64,000 bases of DNA from Chrysomallon squamiferum (GCA_012295275.1 CM022666.1:7502001-7566000); one strand, 5' to 3'. Counted from the stretch's first letter, positions 1 to 29,077 are shown. Program-made: numbers and translations. The notes: generated from the sequence alone by a model not told the origin.

Positions 1-688
1 GTCATTAATATTTTAGAACATCTCATCTAACATTATCAACGACAACAACAGCAATTTAATATTTATATTAAATTTTATAAAGAAAAACGATTTTAAAAAA
101 TCATACAATTTTTTTTTTTTAAAAAAAAGAAAATGATTTCCTAAGTATCCTAATACGACGAAAAATTGCAAATAAAAATCCTGTTTTCGTTACAAACCGA
201 TTATCGGTTATTTAACCCCGGATTTTATCATTCTTTTTTTCTTTTTCTCTCTTTTTTTTTTTTTTTTTTCAAGCTGTTTTCAAATATTTATTCAAATGAT
301 TTGCATTAATGTTACACTAGCCTTGCAATGATAATATTAATAAATCATTACGCAGGGTGGGGTCGGGGTTTGGTGTCCCGCGAGGCGTGACGGAGTGTTT
401 GGATAACGGTAAATTTGACCCCACGGTTAAGAAAACGTAAATTAATGTTATGTCAATTTAACAACAGAGCGCGTTTTAAATATTAATGTTGATAAAACAC
501 GAGGCTTTAAAAGTACAAAGAAAATAAGCATTGTTTTCATTGATGTTGCATATTTACTCTAATTAGCGGAATAGGAAAAAGAAAGAAAAAAGATTAATTA
601 TAATTAGATAAAGGGACAGGTTAAGAAATTGATTATAGTTAACGATATAGTTATTAAGAGGTCGATAAGTGTTTGCTTATTTCCTAAT

Positions 689-735
<47 letters not shown>

Positions 736-906
736 TCTCAGCTTATAAAATCTTTAAACTTTGAATTATCTGTTTATTTTATTTATATTTTGTTTACTTG
801 TTTGTCTGTTTCTTCGTTTGTTCGTTCATTCATTCATTCATTTATGAATTAATTTATTATCATTGTTGTTGTTGTTGTTACTGTTACTACTACCACTGCT
901 ATTACA

Positions 907-938
<32 letters not shown>

Positions 939-1638
939 AAAACCTACTACTAATATTGTTACTACTATCACTACTGCTATTACTATTACTATCATATGTA
1001 CTACTGCTATCATTATTATTACCTTTTTATTATGATTATCATCATCGTTGGTGTTGTTGTTGTCGCTGTTCTTGGTGTCAGGGCTAAAACAAAGTCAGAT
1101 GCGTTTACAACAAACTGAAACAAAAATATGAAAAATCTGCAGATCAGTAACATGGCAGGTGCATATTCAGAATAAGTAAATTTAATTTGAAAATAAAGTC
1201 AGTTTAATATTGCGATAAATAATTTTAAATTACTTCACTGAAAGACAGCGAAACTTGTTTCGCATTCTCAAAATTATATAAATAAATAAATAAATACATT
1301 TTTTAAATTTATAACATGTTATAAATCCAACGCAACATCCCCCCCCCCAAAAAAAAAGAATAAAAAAAGGAATGAATTATTTATTTATTTGTTTGTTTAC
1401 TGGAATAAAATAAAATAAAAACTGAACGAGTAAATATAAAATGAATAAATAAATAAACAAATATTAAAAACAATTAATAAAAAAATGATAATGATTTCTA
1501 ATATATTACAAAATGACAGTGGCAACAACGATAACAATAACAAACAAACAAACAAATAAACAAACACATAAACAAACAAATTAATAAATAAATAAATAAT
1601 TCTAAATTATAGTGAATCAAAGTAGGTTTATATTCAAC

Positions 1639-1697
<59 letters not shown>

Positions 1698-2124
1698 TAA
1701 TAATAATAATAATAACAACAACAACAACAACAACAATAATAATAATAATTGAAATTATTCTACAGTAGGATACAATAGTATCGAAACTGGTTTCGGATTT
1801 CTTATAAATCCATGTAAACCAAAAACTCTGAAATTATATCTTGCAGAACATTATATTTTCAGTCCCAGAAGAAACATATATCATCATTTTCCATTAACGC
1901 GCTTTGTCTTCGATTTCCCTTCTTTTTAAATGGAGATAAGCAATAATTTATAAGGAGATAAGTAAATCGCTCGGTATGTTAATGTACGGGATAATTTTTT
2001 TTTTTTTTTGTTGGTGTGATTGCTAGAACGTTCTATCAATAATTAATTACGCTATTTAGCAAAAGTCTTGAGTGGTTTTGCAAAGAAAGAAAATGAAAAG
2101 GATGGAAGATATATTATAAAATGG

Positions 2125-2230
<106 letters not shown>

Positions 2231-3654
2231 AGGTTAAAATAAGAAGAGAGAGAGAGAGAGAGTAGAGAGAAATAAAAAGAAAAGAGGTTAAAATAAGAAG
2301 GAAGGATACATGTATATTACAGGCAACAACACAATAACAAACAAACAAATAAACAAACAAATAAATAAATAAAGAGATAAGTAAATAATTCTAAATTATA
2401 GTGAAATCAAAAACAGATATAATACGCATTCATATATATATATACACATAAAACAGGTACATACATACAAAAACATGTATACATATACAGAAAGCACGAA
2501 CGTATACACCTACATGTATATAAACATATACATGTATACACACACATGCATACATAAATACAAATACACACAAATATATATATTTACACACACACTCATA
2601 CACAACACGAGAAGATAAACCATTTTTTTCATTGTTTTCTTTCCCAATAATAATTATTCATAATGCATTTCCTTAAAGTGAAAATCGGTTTCTTCAAAAG
2701 ACACCAAACCAAAAACTTCAGAAGTAAAATACTTTAAAGGAAAAAAAAAACAAAAAAAAAAAAAACCCAGAAAACAAAATAATGCACTTTTTGCGCACGT
2801 AATTTTACAGAAAATACACAGACGAGAAATTACGTTAAGTGACTCAAAATGGTATTGTGGTCTACTTTGTGCATCTTCTCGGACTTTCACGGGTCCGTGT
2901 GAACTCGATTTGTTTGTCAATGGCTGCCAAAAACGTGCATTTTACTAATTTTCATCAGTTTGCTTCAGTAAACTGTTGTTAAATATGTCTGCAGCGAAAA
3001 CACACTTAATTATTACATGTACGTATTGTCCAACAATGCAGGATGCGACGCGACTTCGGTACCAAGCACGAATGCTTCCGACTGTGACCGAATTCGGTCT
3101 TACGATGGCTTCGGGTCACCTCGCTAGTTTTCGTCACTTGTTGTTAATCACTGCTAGCCTCGCAGAAACCTGTGAGGTTTTTGTTTTGGGGGGGTTGTTG
3201 TTGTTGTTTTTGGAGGGGGGGTTCTAGAAACGTTATTTTCTTTTAATGCGTCAAAAGTAAATAGAAACCCTGCAAACAATGTAAGAGATATCATAATAAT
3301 AATAATAATAAGAAGAAAATAAAATATATAAAATGTAAAACTAAAAAAAAACAATTAAATTGTTTGTCTGGGAAACCGTAAGAAGCGAATAAATAATTTT
3401 TGTTTCGGAAATTAAAATTAACTTTTGGTATACATACATACATAGATACATACATACAAACATACATAGATACATACATACAAACATGCATACATACATA
3501 CATACATACATAAAAACGCATTAACATACATACATGCACTCATAGTAGAGATACATAAATATATACATATATACATACAGAAATATATACTAAATATACA
3601 TACATACATATATGCATCCATACATAATTTTTATAAAAGCATGCATGCATACAA

Positions 3655-3719
<65 letters not shown>

Positions 3720-4167
3720 CAATATATGCACGCTTACATACAATATATACATACAAACACATATACATACATACATATAAACGTAAATACACACACATAC
3801 ATAAACACACAGACCAAATTAATTTTTAAAAATAAATAGCTTAAAATTACGAAGAGGTTAATTAAAAATTTGGAAGAATGTTTTCCTGTTGAACTTTAAC
3901 GTAAATTAGATTATTATCAGCGAAACATCCAGCTGGAAAGTCTGGTGTCAGTCAGCCCAGTCTTACTGGTGGTTCGTTTGATGTTTAGTATGGACCGCCT
4001 AATTACCAGTGATCCCCGTAACTGGCCGCAATGACGCTGAACCGACTGTCGTTTAAGATTTGAATATTTTGATAAAATGGTGCGGGTAATGAGGATAACT
4101 GTACATTTGTGATATTTACAAATTTGTTGCTTATTTTTAGATACTTCACAATCATACGTTATGGGTT

Positions 4168-4198
<31 letters not shown>

Positions 4199-4245
4199 TG
4201 TTGTTGTTGTTGTTGCTGCTGTTGTTGTTGTGTTGTTGATGATCA

Positions 4246-4279
<34 letters not shown>

Positions 4280-4392
4280 TTTTTACTAGTAGAAGTAGTA
4301 GTGGTAACAGTAACAGCAGTAATAATAGTAACCGCAACAATATAATTTATAGGAATATGGTATTGAATTTAAAATATGTAAATTTTCTCCTT

Positions 4393-4426
<34 letters not shown>

Positions 4427-4555
4427 TTTTTTTCTTTTGAATTTATTTTTAATTTAATTTTATTTTATTTTATTTTATTTTATTTTATTCGTGGTTGTTA
4501 TTTCATTAAATGCGGTTTAGTCTTTAATTTCTTAAGCCTCGCTTTCTTTCTTTTC

Positions 4556-4626
<71 letters not shown>

Positions 4627-5788
4627 ATATTTAATGTTAACACATTTGTGTTTACCCCTCCAATCTCCACCCTATTCCGGGTGGTCGCGAATTATCTCAG
4701 AACAACGGATAAACTAATTTAACCTTTTTTGTCTGAACGTCTGACAATTTCTAACGAAATCTAATTTAAAAATCTATTTGAAATTTTCAAGTAAAAGAGC
4801 GAGAGAAAAATAACATAGCATTTACTTTTAATTTAGTTTAGCGTAAAGTCAACTTGGGGCAAAAGTATCTAACTCAGCGGAATGCACTCAACACCTCGCG
4901 CATGTTGGCGCCTTCGTTCAGGGTAGATTACTCTAAATAACTGAAATAACATCATCGCGTGTTGACGAGGTCACGTCTGCCAGGACTCTGAAATCCCGCG
5001 CAAGCCTTGTTTTGATAATCCTAAAGATATGTAGCGAATATATACACACACTCCTGTATATAGATTAGGAAAATACGGCAAAAGATCTTTTTAGTTACTT
5101 TTTTTTCTTTTCTTTTTTTTTATCCGTTCATAATACAATTCTCGAATAAATATTGCTGATAGCGAACATAAATCCCCGCTGCAGATCAGCATTTCACAAA
5201 TTAATCCCCTTTTTCCCGTTTTATGTTAAAATTCCGTGCCAAGTCTTATTGTGTAAATCCGCGCGTCTCGTGCCGCGGGCGGGGCAAACAACGCCAAGAG
5301 CGAAAATCGTTACGCCACGCCAAAGAACGCGTTCCGCAGAATCTTCTTACGGACTTTTGTAGATCTTTTATTCAATAAAGTCTCCCGTCCGTACGTCCTT
5401 CACAAATATATATCAGTTCCAAAAGTACTTTATATTTAAGGAATGTAAATAAGTAATTGCATTTTTTCAGGTGGACATTTTGTTTTTTTTTTTGTTTTTG
5501 TGGAGTATTTTCCATGTAAATATCTCGGTATGTGTAATATTTGATGACTTAACAAAGACGCCAAAATGACGTTATATAAATTGATTTTGACGTCACCGCG
5601 CGAAATCCTGCTTGATGTTTTATCAAATAAAAACAAATTTCCATTAGGAACAAGAAAAAAAAAAAAAAAAATAAAAAAAAAAAAAAAGAAGAAGAAGAAG
5701 TAACAAAACAAAATAAAGAAACGAAAAGAAAATACTTTTGGTTCGATTGAAATGTCACCGCTTTTTTCGAAATAAAACAAATTCCAGC

Positions 5789-5836
<48 letters not shown>

Positions 5837-6189
5837 TTTATTTATTTTTTATTATTATTTTTTTTTTTTTAAATGAATAAAAATAAATAAAGAAACAAAT
5901 ACAAAATGGAGGCATAAGTCAGTTTGAAATATTTTAAATAAAATAAATAAAAAGTAAAACAGTTTTATCGAGATGTTAACCAAAAACACTGTCAAACCAA
6001 AAACTGTCTAAAAGAAAATAACTACTACAACTATTACTAACCTAACTAATCGTAATAAACATTTCTGTTTCTGATAAATGTTTAGTTAAGTTAGGATTAT
6101 TCAAGTAGCCTTGATATTTAATTCACTATCAGATTTCACTATCAGAATTGTTTATTTATTTATTACAAGACCTTTTTCTTTTCTTTCTT

Positions 6190-6230
<41 letters not shown>

Positions 6231-7866
6231 AATTGCCGATTCTTTTCGTTTCTTTGTTTTTATTTTTCAAAACTATTTATTTATTTCTATATTTTATTTT
6301 ATATTTTTTTTTTAAATAAAAGAAATCATCACATTCCGTAATTAATAATGTAATAAAAGTAAATAACAAAGAAATTTTTACTAACTTATGCGAAAAAAAA
6401 TCCGTGGAACTCAATAAAATATATAAATAAATAAAGCTACGTAATAATACGATTATAGAATAAATTTTAAATAAAAAAATGCTTCCGAGTCTTTCCGAAT
6501 AGATCCGACAACTTCCGAAAATATCCGAGATGTTAAAACGCGTAAATTGAAAGCTGCTTCATAATTTATTCAAACGTTTTGTTGCCGCTTCAGTTGTTGA
6601 TTTAATCTGTTGTGTTATCGCTGGTCCGCTGGGAACAAACGGCCTTTTGCTCGTTCGCGTTTCCAGCTAAATGTTTTGATTGCTACTAAACGATTTAATA
6701 CGATCATGGTGCGTTCGCTGATTTCATTTCCTCGCTCGCGATTAGATTATGGCCGTCTCGTGAAATATACATAAGATGGCAGCTTCGAAAATCTGGAATC
6801 GGCGACAAAAACGAAACTTAATTGCATTTAATGTGAAACACGAGAGACTGCCGTTGTAAAAGAAGCAATTTCCGGCGATATAATAAATGATATTATTAAG
6901 TATTTATGAGGTGATAACGAATATTGTTATGGCGAGGTACAATCGGATTGAAAACTGGCGAGAGATAAATTTAAAATACTCAAGAGAATGGATTTATTGT
7001 CTGACAACAGTAAAACCTCTTTCTAGTCCTCTTTGTGTTAATGACACTAGATCACCCAATAACGTTAATCTGTCTTATTTAAATAGATTTATTACGACGA
7101 TGACGAAGACCGCTACTACTACTACAATTACTCTTACTAATACTGCAACTGCAAATGCTACTACTACAGTTACTGCTGTTGCTACAATAACAGTAACTAC
7201 TACTATGCTATTATTACGACGACTACAACTACTACTTTACAATTATTCCTACTATTATACTACAAATGTTACTACTATTAATACTACGACGACTATAACT
7301 ATTACAACAATAGGAAAAACTGTTACTATTACCAACATTATTACATCTTCTGTTACTATGCTATTAACATGCTATTATTACAAATACTTTTACTACTTCT
7401 ACAACTATTGCTTTTATTATTATTATCACTAGTGAATCCACAAGTGTAACTACTTGCATTATGCTGCTATTACAACAATCACTACTATTACTACTACCCT
7501 GCTATTACTACTTCTATTACTACTACTACTGATATTATCAATACTACTACTACTGCTACTACTATCACTAAACCACTTCTACTACTACTGCTGCATTTAC
7601 TGCTAGTACTAGTGCTACTAAAATACAACTACTACTACTACCACTGCTAGTACTTCCACCAGGGTTGGCGCTATTTTTGTAACATAATAAGAGGAAAATA
7701 CATGGGTAATAGTTTGTTGTTATTTTATTGTTTTCAACACTGATAGTATTGTTACTTAAATCGATCTGGATACAAGTACATTGTTTTTATAATAAATAAC
7801 TTTAAATAAACATACTGATCGAGAATAACGTGACAAAAACAGACCAAAACAAATAATAATAATAAC

Positions 7867-7923
<57 letters not shown>

Positions 7924-8407
7924 TAATACATTTTTAAAACGAAAAATAAAATTATGAGTTAACAGATGAAAGAGAGAAATCAAGAAAGAAAGAAAGAAAA
8001 AAGAAAAAATAACACAAGGGGGAAAAATCCCCATACAACATTAAAACCAAATGTTTTTACAAGAACTTTTGTTGCTTTTCATAACGACAAGATAACTGTG
8101 TGGACAACAAATATTTTCCATTTATTTTCCGTCACGCTAAAAGAAATATTCAGTAATTGCGATAATTTTAATTTTATTGAGCTGTTTCCCCAGCTGCGGT
8201 CAAAATAAAACCAATGGACGAAATTCTTTCGCGACTGAGCATGTCCGCGCATGCTCAAATGTAACCCTTGACGGCCTGGACAGAACACACAGGCGCATGT
8301 CGTTGTTGTAATGTGAATCATATCCGCAAACAAATGGAACCCTTTAATTGAAGTGCTCGTGTTGCTTACAAAACTGCTACAAATTGCTACAAAACGGAGA
8401 GTCGAAA

Positions 8408-8423
8408 ACGCCACCTAGCGGCG
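8408..8423 (-). promoter_or_regulatory. CTCF-like site upstream of Arx
   Basis: Reverse complement contains GCCGCTAGGTGGCGT. Confidence 0.5.
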
Positions 8424-10285
8424 GACGAGTGTTGATCTTCGCAGACGTAATTAGCTCTTGGTCTGTGGACGAAAGAAAAGTGGGGAGAGAAACAGATTGC
8501 GCTCAATGAAAAACAAACACTCGAAACAAGAAACGCTTATTTCTAACGATCATCCAATTAACGGAGTAGTGTTTTCCAAATTTAATTTGCCTCCGCCGTC
8601 CGTTATTCATCCCATCACGTGCGCACGCGCGGAGCACAAATCAACGTAGCGATGACGTCATCAGTTTCTGTGTGCGTGCGCCCGCCTCGTCTGCGGACAT
8701 TTGCTTTTCTCCGACAGCAGGAAAGAAAGGTCCATGTTATCACAACCCGCCAATTAACGAGTAAAATAAATTCTTAATTTGATGGAAAGCTGACCAATTA
8801 AAGAAGCAAATATTGTTCAGACCGAACTCGAGAGAGGAAATTAGCCATTGTTCCCCGCTAACTGTTTCTCTGAAATAACAAGAGCTACTTCTCACGTTGT
8901 CGCAGTTGTTTCGTAACCCAGTGGCGTGTTTATCTCTATGATATTTGGTTTCGTCTCGGCAAATTCAAGTATCATTGCTTTTTGTCTCTGTTCTAATTAT
9001 CTCAATAAACAGCCGGCCTGATGTTATGGTTAAACGATCACTGTTAAGTTTGGGTGACGCACGCGCGCACACGGACACGCACACACTCAAACACTCATTG
9101 AGACATATAAACACACCCTCAGAGACACATTATTTAAAACAAAGAGACACATAAACATATATAAATATATATATTTTTTTTTTTTTTTTGATTTTGTGTG
9201 TATATATATATATACACACACAAAAAATCAAAAAAAAATAAAATAAATCGTACACACTCACACAAACAACAAATAGTACGCAAGCACACATATTCATTGC
9301 ACAATAAGAAACAAGAAGTCTAAGATCTTCAATTTCTTTCTGAAAAAGCATTTAAAAGTTAGATTATATCATATATGTTCATGTTTACTTATCTTTATTT
9401 GATCAAAACATTTAAACATTTAAAGGCAAAACATAGAGACAGACAACACGAAAAAAAAGATTTTGTCACATAGTTGTAAATGTAAGTTGTTGACCAATTA
9501 AACGTCTTAAAATTTTAACTTTATTTATTAATATTACTACTTCTACTAATACTACTGTTGCTGCTGCTACTGCTGCTACTACTGCTGCTGCTGCTAATAC
9601 TGCTGCTTCTGCTACTACTACTACTATTGTTACTACTACTACTTCTACTGCTTGTACTTATGCTATGATTACTACTATTATTACTGGTACTACTTCTACT
9701 ATCACTACCACTGTTACTACTGTACTATAACTGTTACAACTACTACTACTATTACTACTAATACATTACTGCTACTATTATTTCTGTAAAGGCTGCCATT
9801 TCTATTACAACAATTATTAATAACTAAACACTTCCTTTTTTCTTTTTCTTTTTTTTAAATCTTTTATTAAACTTTTGTGAAAACGCAAACCATCAAAACG
9901 AATAGACAAATTAATTAACTAACAACACAAATCTATATAAGGACACCCACAAAAAAATGTCTCAACTCTTAATTACAAGCAGAAACCCAACGAACGCTGT
10001 GAATATCTAAGTTTGACCTTGCCGTCTGCTCGTCCCGTATTCCGCAGTCATTTCGCACTGAAAACCTTTCTCCGACTCCGCCTCAATCCAAGCTCTGCGG
10101 TCCCCGTCACCCTTGGCAAACAGCGAGCGACGGGTACCAGTGGACTCGGCTGATCTGTAGCCGTTGCTTTAATTAATAAGAACAAATAAACTCGCATTAG
10201 GTAAATTTGCAGCTAATTGGCTGCTAATCCTGTCGAGTTGGTACGAAGATTTGGCGATAGGAACCGAGAGTTGTGATGAAGTGAC

Positions 10286-10355
<70 letters not shown>

Positions 10356-10921
10356 TTCCATGACAACCTCTATCCCTTACTCTACGCTCATAATTTGTCT
10401 TCGCCTCCAAACCTCTCACACTTTCGAAACCTGCTTCTTTGTTTTGTATTGCTTGTTGTGCTACCAAAGGTTTCATTCGCGAACGCTTGCAATTAAGTTA
10501 CCTAATGATTTCTATAAACTTCCAATCGAGAAAAACAAATAGGGTCAGTTGTCCCAAAGTGCACCTCGTTTTATCCCCCCCGACCACATCACAGGTGGGC
10601 TGTACACTGACAGTAACGTGGTATTAGTGACGAGTGATTTTCCAGAATCCTCGCGCACACATTCAATTGCAAGAAGCCATGGTACAGGACGGTCCTGTTC
10701 GCGGTCAACCCGGTACATCGTCTGCCCAGTGCTCCACGTGAAGGGCGCGAGCGTTGCACTGACCTCGTGCGGGCAATTAGATACGTCAGCAATCACTGTG
10801 GTGTCAATCCTTAGTTACAGATGATGACGATGTGCGAAGCATAGTTGTGTCTGTCTTTTCACTTAGAAACCTCGGCAGAGAGCAATCGGTGTAAATTACA
10901 CAGGGGTAAAAAAAAAAAAAA

Positions 10922-10962
<41 letters not shown>

Positions 10963-11305
10963 AATAAAAAAATAATAATAATAAATAAATAAATAAATAA
11001 ATAAATAAATAGAAGTAATAAATATTAAAATAGATAAAAAAAAAAAAAAAAAATGATGATGCGTAAAAATAACAAAAAATAAAATAAGAGAAAGAAAAAA
11101 GAAAAAGACTTTTTAGCAAATTAAAACAATAATTTAATTTTTCTTCTTAATCTTTTCGTGTCTTCCCTCTGTTATCCTTGTTACTAGTCATTCTCACTTC
11201 TTCTTCTTCTTCTACTACTTTTTTTTATGTTCTGTTTTTCTATTACTTCAATCGATCCCTCTCTCATTTATCTAAATCGTCCCCAGCCCATTTCGCTCTA
11301 TTAAA

Positions 11306-11322
11306 AGCGCCCCCTACCGGTC
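11306..11322 (-). promoter_or_regulatory. CTCF-like site upstream of Arx
   Basis: Reverse complement GACCGGTAGGGGGCGCT. Confidence 0.45.
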
Positions 11323-12859
11323 CTCAGCGCCAAGAGGGGATCATCGAATAACGCAAAATGCGGCGAAAATTAGCCGATTATCAGTCTATTTTGATCGTAA
11401 TCGGCTAAAGTGGCGCTAAAATTAAAGAGCAACGCGGGAAACATCGATATGACCCCACGAGCAATTAAACTATTGAGTGGAGAGTAAACCTTAAGCCTTT
11501 TCCATCCAGACTTGAGAGAAAAAAAAAAAAAAAAAAAAAAAATGGCCGCCAGAATGTTCCCTGGAGATTCTTCTTCTCCTTCTTATTCCTTTTTTTATTT
11601 TTTATTTTTTTTATTTTTTATAATCTTGTCCTGTGTTTGTCAATCGATACGCTGTTTTAAGAAAATACTTTAAAGCCTATTACCACGGTTGGGTTAAATT
11701 GAATACAAAATGTCTATTCACATAATAAGCCTTTAAATTAAGCGCCTAGCACATTGTTATATCCAATATATTGACTCTTCGCGTTCATAATCGGATTATG
11801 TGGAAACAGACGGCTAGTGATCAAACATAGTAATTCGCCTCTCAAATACCGATATAGTGCCGATCGATCGGGGCTCTCGTAGAATTCGTTTTTTTGTTTT
11901 TGTTTGTTTGTGCAAGTGCCGGGCCCAGGAAAAAAGATGCATTAGCGGCGAAGGGAAGTGTCTTCAGAGAATGCCATACCTAACTAATCACAAAGGAGGA
12001 TCGGAACTGTTTTTAGACGCGCAATAATAAAATGCCGATTGCTGCGTAAACAGAAACGAACGAGCCGGCGGGAAGCAGAGCCTCTTTCCCAGTGCGCGAT
12101 CAATGCGAGCGCGCGCGCCAGCGGAAGAATACAATAACAAGAGACCTTCGGGCGGAAGAAGAAACCAAATAGATCTTTAAGAGAAATGGAAAGAAATGCT
12201 TTTGTATCTCAAAGATTAAATCAATTTATCTTTGCCGCAACGTCGGCCCATTGTTAGCAGCATTGTGAAATTTTCTAGACGGGATAGACGTCTTTTGTAA
12301 GTGTTGAAACATAAGCGTTTTCAATCTAAAGCGTTATAAAACGTTAAAATATAATTAGAACTCAATTTGCGGAGCAGTCATGTTTGCAGAATGCGGTTTG
12401 TCAATATGCACATGATCAGCCCAATAACACTTGTTCCCGGCTTCTCTTTTGTGTGCTCGGGTAATAGATTTTAAACTAGAAGAATACAAAAATTACACGC
12501 TCTCGCGAGGTGGTGCTTTGTTGCAGCGAGGAGGGATGTACAAAGGAACACGCAGAAGTCTCGACTTTCCCACGGAAAACGGCGATGTAGGCGGAAGGAG
12601 AAGCGACGTCTGATGGAAATTAATTTTCTTTCGTGATCAATCGTTAACGAGGACAATAATATAAAGTAAAAAATCATGCGTTACGTGTATGATGTGATAA
12701 ATTCTATAGTTTAATATTTAATTATTATGCCACTTAAGAACACAAAAGATTAACAGTTGTTTAATGCAGAAATAGAAACAGTACCAGGAAATCTACTTCA
12801 GGTCTTTATTGTCTTCTGTTAAATACCAGAGTTTTAGTCACAGACAGGTATATAAGACA

Positions 12860-13300
12860 GACAATACATTTAACATTTTATATACAACAGTAATAAGTAC
12901 ATAAAATACAATTAAAAAAATTACATACTTAACAATTTGTATACAAACTTTATCAATAAATAAAATATAAAAAAAAAATGTATACTTAACAATTTATATG
13001 GAATAGTTAGCAATAAATAAAAATGCAATTAATAATTTCTTTTAACAATTTATATACAAGAGTTCATAATAAAATACAATTAAAAACAATTATATACTTA
13101 ACAATTCATATACAAGAGTTAACAATTAAAATATACAATTAAAAATTATACACTTAACAATTAATGTACAATAGTTAACAATACATATAATACATTATAA
13201 AAATAATTACTTAACAATTTATATACAAGAGTTAACAAATAAAAATAGTTAAAAATGTACATTTAACAATTTATGTACAATTGTATAATTAAATAAACAA
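12860..13300. repeat. Degenerate AT-rich minisatellite (core TACTTAACAATTTATATACAAGAGTT)
   Basis: Core recurs about 8 times at ~50-60 bp spacing. Confidence 0.75.
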
Positions 13301-13759
13301 AAGATACAGAATTAAATAAATAAATAAAAACAAAATGCACTAATGAAGTAATGAACAAATAAATAAATATCGTCACTGATAATTGATAATAAATTATTTT
13401 AATTCGGTAGTAAATTTGTTTAACTATATTATAGAGATATAAATACATTTTAAAAATTCATACAAAAAAATGATCAATCATTAAATAAAATAAATAATAA
13501 AAATAATAAAAATTAAATAAATAAAATAATAAATTATAAAAATAATAATAAATAAATAAATAAAATAATAAATAATAAAAATAATAATAAATAAATAAAA
13601 TAATAAATAATAAAAATAATAATAAGTAAATAAATAAAATAATAAATAATAAAAATAATAAATAAATAAATAAATAAAATAATAAATAATAAAAATAATA
13701 ATAAGTAAATAAATAAATAAATACATTTTTAAAAAATACTGTGATCTTTAACAATCCTG

Positions 13760-14065
13760 TCAAAATCGCGCGCCAACAAGAGCAGACGGGTTCGAGAACA
13801 GAGGCACGTGCACATCTGTTTATCTTGCGTGCACGTTCTTCAAAGCACGGCGATGGGCGTGATTACGGACGACACTTCAACTTTGATGTCACGTGACCAG
13901 TGGAACGATATCACGTGAGGGGTGTACGTTATCTCACTAATCGCGACACTTCAACACATTCATCCCGATTTCAAAGCGGTGCTGATTTTAACTTCGTTCT
14001 GCCCTGTTACGTAATTTACGAAATTCAAATAGTCGGATAACTATATAAAAGCTCTTTGATTTAAT
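13760..14065 (+). promoter_or_regulatory. Candidate Arx promoter/enhancer with E-boxes, TCF/LEF sites and TATA box
   Basis: CACGTG at 13805, 13890 and 13912; CTTTGA(T/A) at 13839, 13881, 13970 and 14054; TATATAAA at 14042; CpG-rich. Confidence 0.45.
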
Positions 14066-14080
14066 TTCGCAACAATTTAA

Positions 14081-14150
<70 letters not shown>

Positions 14151-14362
14151 GTATAGATAAACAACTAAAAGTAAAAATAATATTATATAATTCTTGCAAA
14201 TATTTATGACATGCCTTAAACTGTTATATAAAGAAATTTTTGTATTTTGTTTTTGTTGTTGTTGGTTATCATGTTTTTGTTGTCCTTCTCGTTAATATGT
14301 CTTGATAAATAATGAACAGGTTTAAATTTCAAAAGGTCATGACAATAGATGTTTTCATATAA

Positions 14363-27702
<13,340 letters not shown>

Positions 27703-28419
27703 AGTTTCCGTCGTCAGAATGTTTGTTTGTTTGTTTGTTTGTTTTAATTTGTGGATTTGTGTATGTATAACATGTTTTGCGGCTGCGTGTCTGTCATATT
27801 AGAAAGAGATGATTCAGAATCTATGTTTTCTTGATTACGAAAATACAGATACGTCAAATACTCAATATTATAATTTTAACCATCTGTGACTCTTAAGTTA
27901 TGTTCTAACCTTTATTCTGGTTTCATAATATCATGTCATATGTCATATTTAGACAAGAGCGGGAAAAATAAATACAGCAAAACAAAAACAATATTAAACA
28001 ACAGATAACCAACAGAAAAATATGTAATACTTGTTGTATCTGTTGGCGGATGTATCTCACGTGACGTCTCACAGACAATGAAACATTCTGAGTACACCAA
28101 GGAAATTAGTCCCTTGACTTGGATTCTTTCGCCGGAAACTTGAATTATTTGATCAGCACCAAGATATAGGAATCTTAAATATGACCATGCGAGTAATATT
28201 CACTACCCAGACTTTAAAAACATATTGAAGAAATCCTCTGTGAAAGCGTGCACAATGTATATCGTATCTTCATATTTATATTTTATTCCTAAAACTTATG
28301 TGCGTGTGCGTATGTATGTGTGTGGTTATAGTTTGTGTTATTATAATGAAATGTAATAATGTTTATTTGTATATTACGAAAAAAGTGCTGAATATTAGTA
28401 AAGTTATCATTGTTAATCA

Positions 28420-28455
28420 TGTGCCAACCAGGAATCGAACTGTAGACCCTCCAGA
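28420..28455 (-). mobile_element. Possible tRNA-derived SINE fragment
   Basis: Minus strand reads ..AGTTCGATTCCTGGTTGGCAC, a B-box/T-arm-like GTTCGATTCC motif; no complete cloverleaf. Confidence 0.25.
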
Positions 28456-28481
28456 CAAACAATAAAACTATGATAATGATG

Positions 28482-28513
<32 letters not shown>

Positions 28514-29040
28514 TATGATTATGATTATTATTATTATTATTATTATTAAAGAGCAAAAAAGAAAAGAAAATATATTTGTTATATATACTATTGTTACCAC
28601 CTTCACTACAACGACAACATTATTATTATGCTATTTCCACCACAACCTCTAAAAATACAAGTAATGTACTACTACTATAACTGCATGAACGTAACAACAA
28701 CAACAACAATAATTAGAATAATAACACTGATAATTATGATGATGATGATGATAATGAAAATAATAATACTGAAAATGATTATGATGATGATAACAGTGAT
28801 GATAATGATAATGATGATACTACTACTATTATAATAATAATAATGATAATGATATTGATGATGATCGTCATCATAATAATATTAATAATAATTATAAATT
28901 AATTTTAACTCTTCTCAACTACTACGACTACAACTACTACTACTGATATCATGACCAACATTAATGCTAGTACAACAAAAACAAAAATAACTGCTGTAGT
29001 AACAACAACAACAACGATGTTGATGATGACGATGATGATC

Positions 29041-29077
<37 letters not shown>

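Noticed and set aside
10549-10824. 91-aa ORF and overlapping minus ORFs in a GC-rich block
   Set aside because: No ATG start for the + frame and no recognisable homology; better explained as a regulatory island or UTR.
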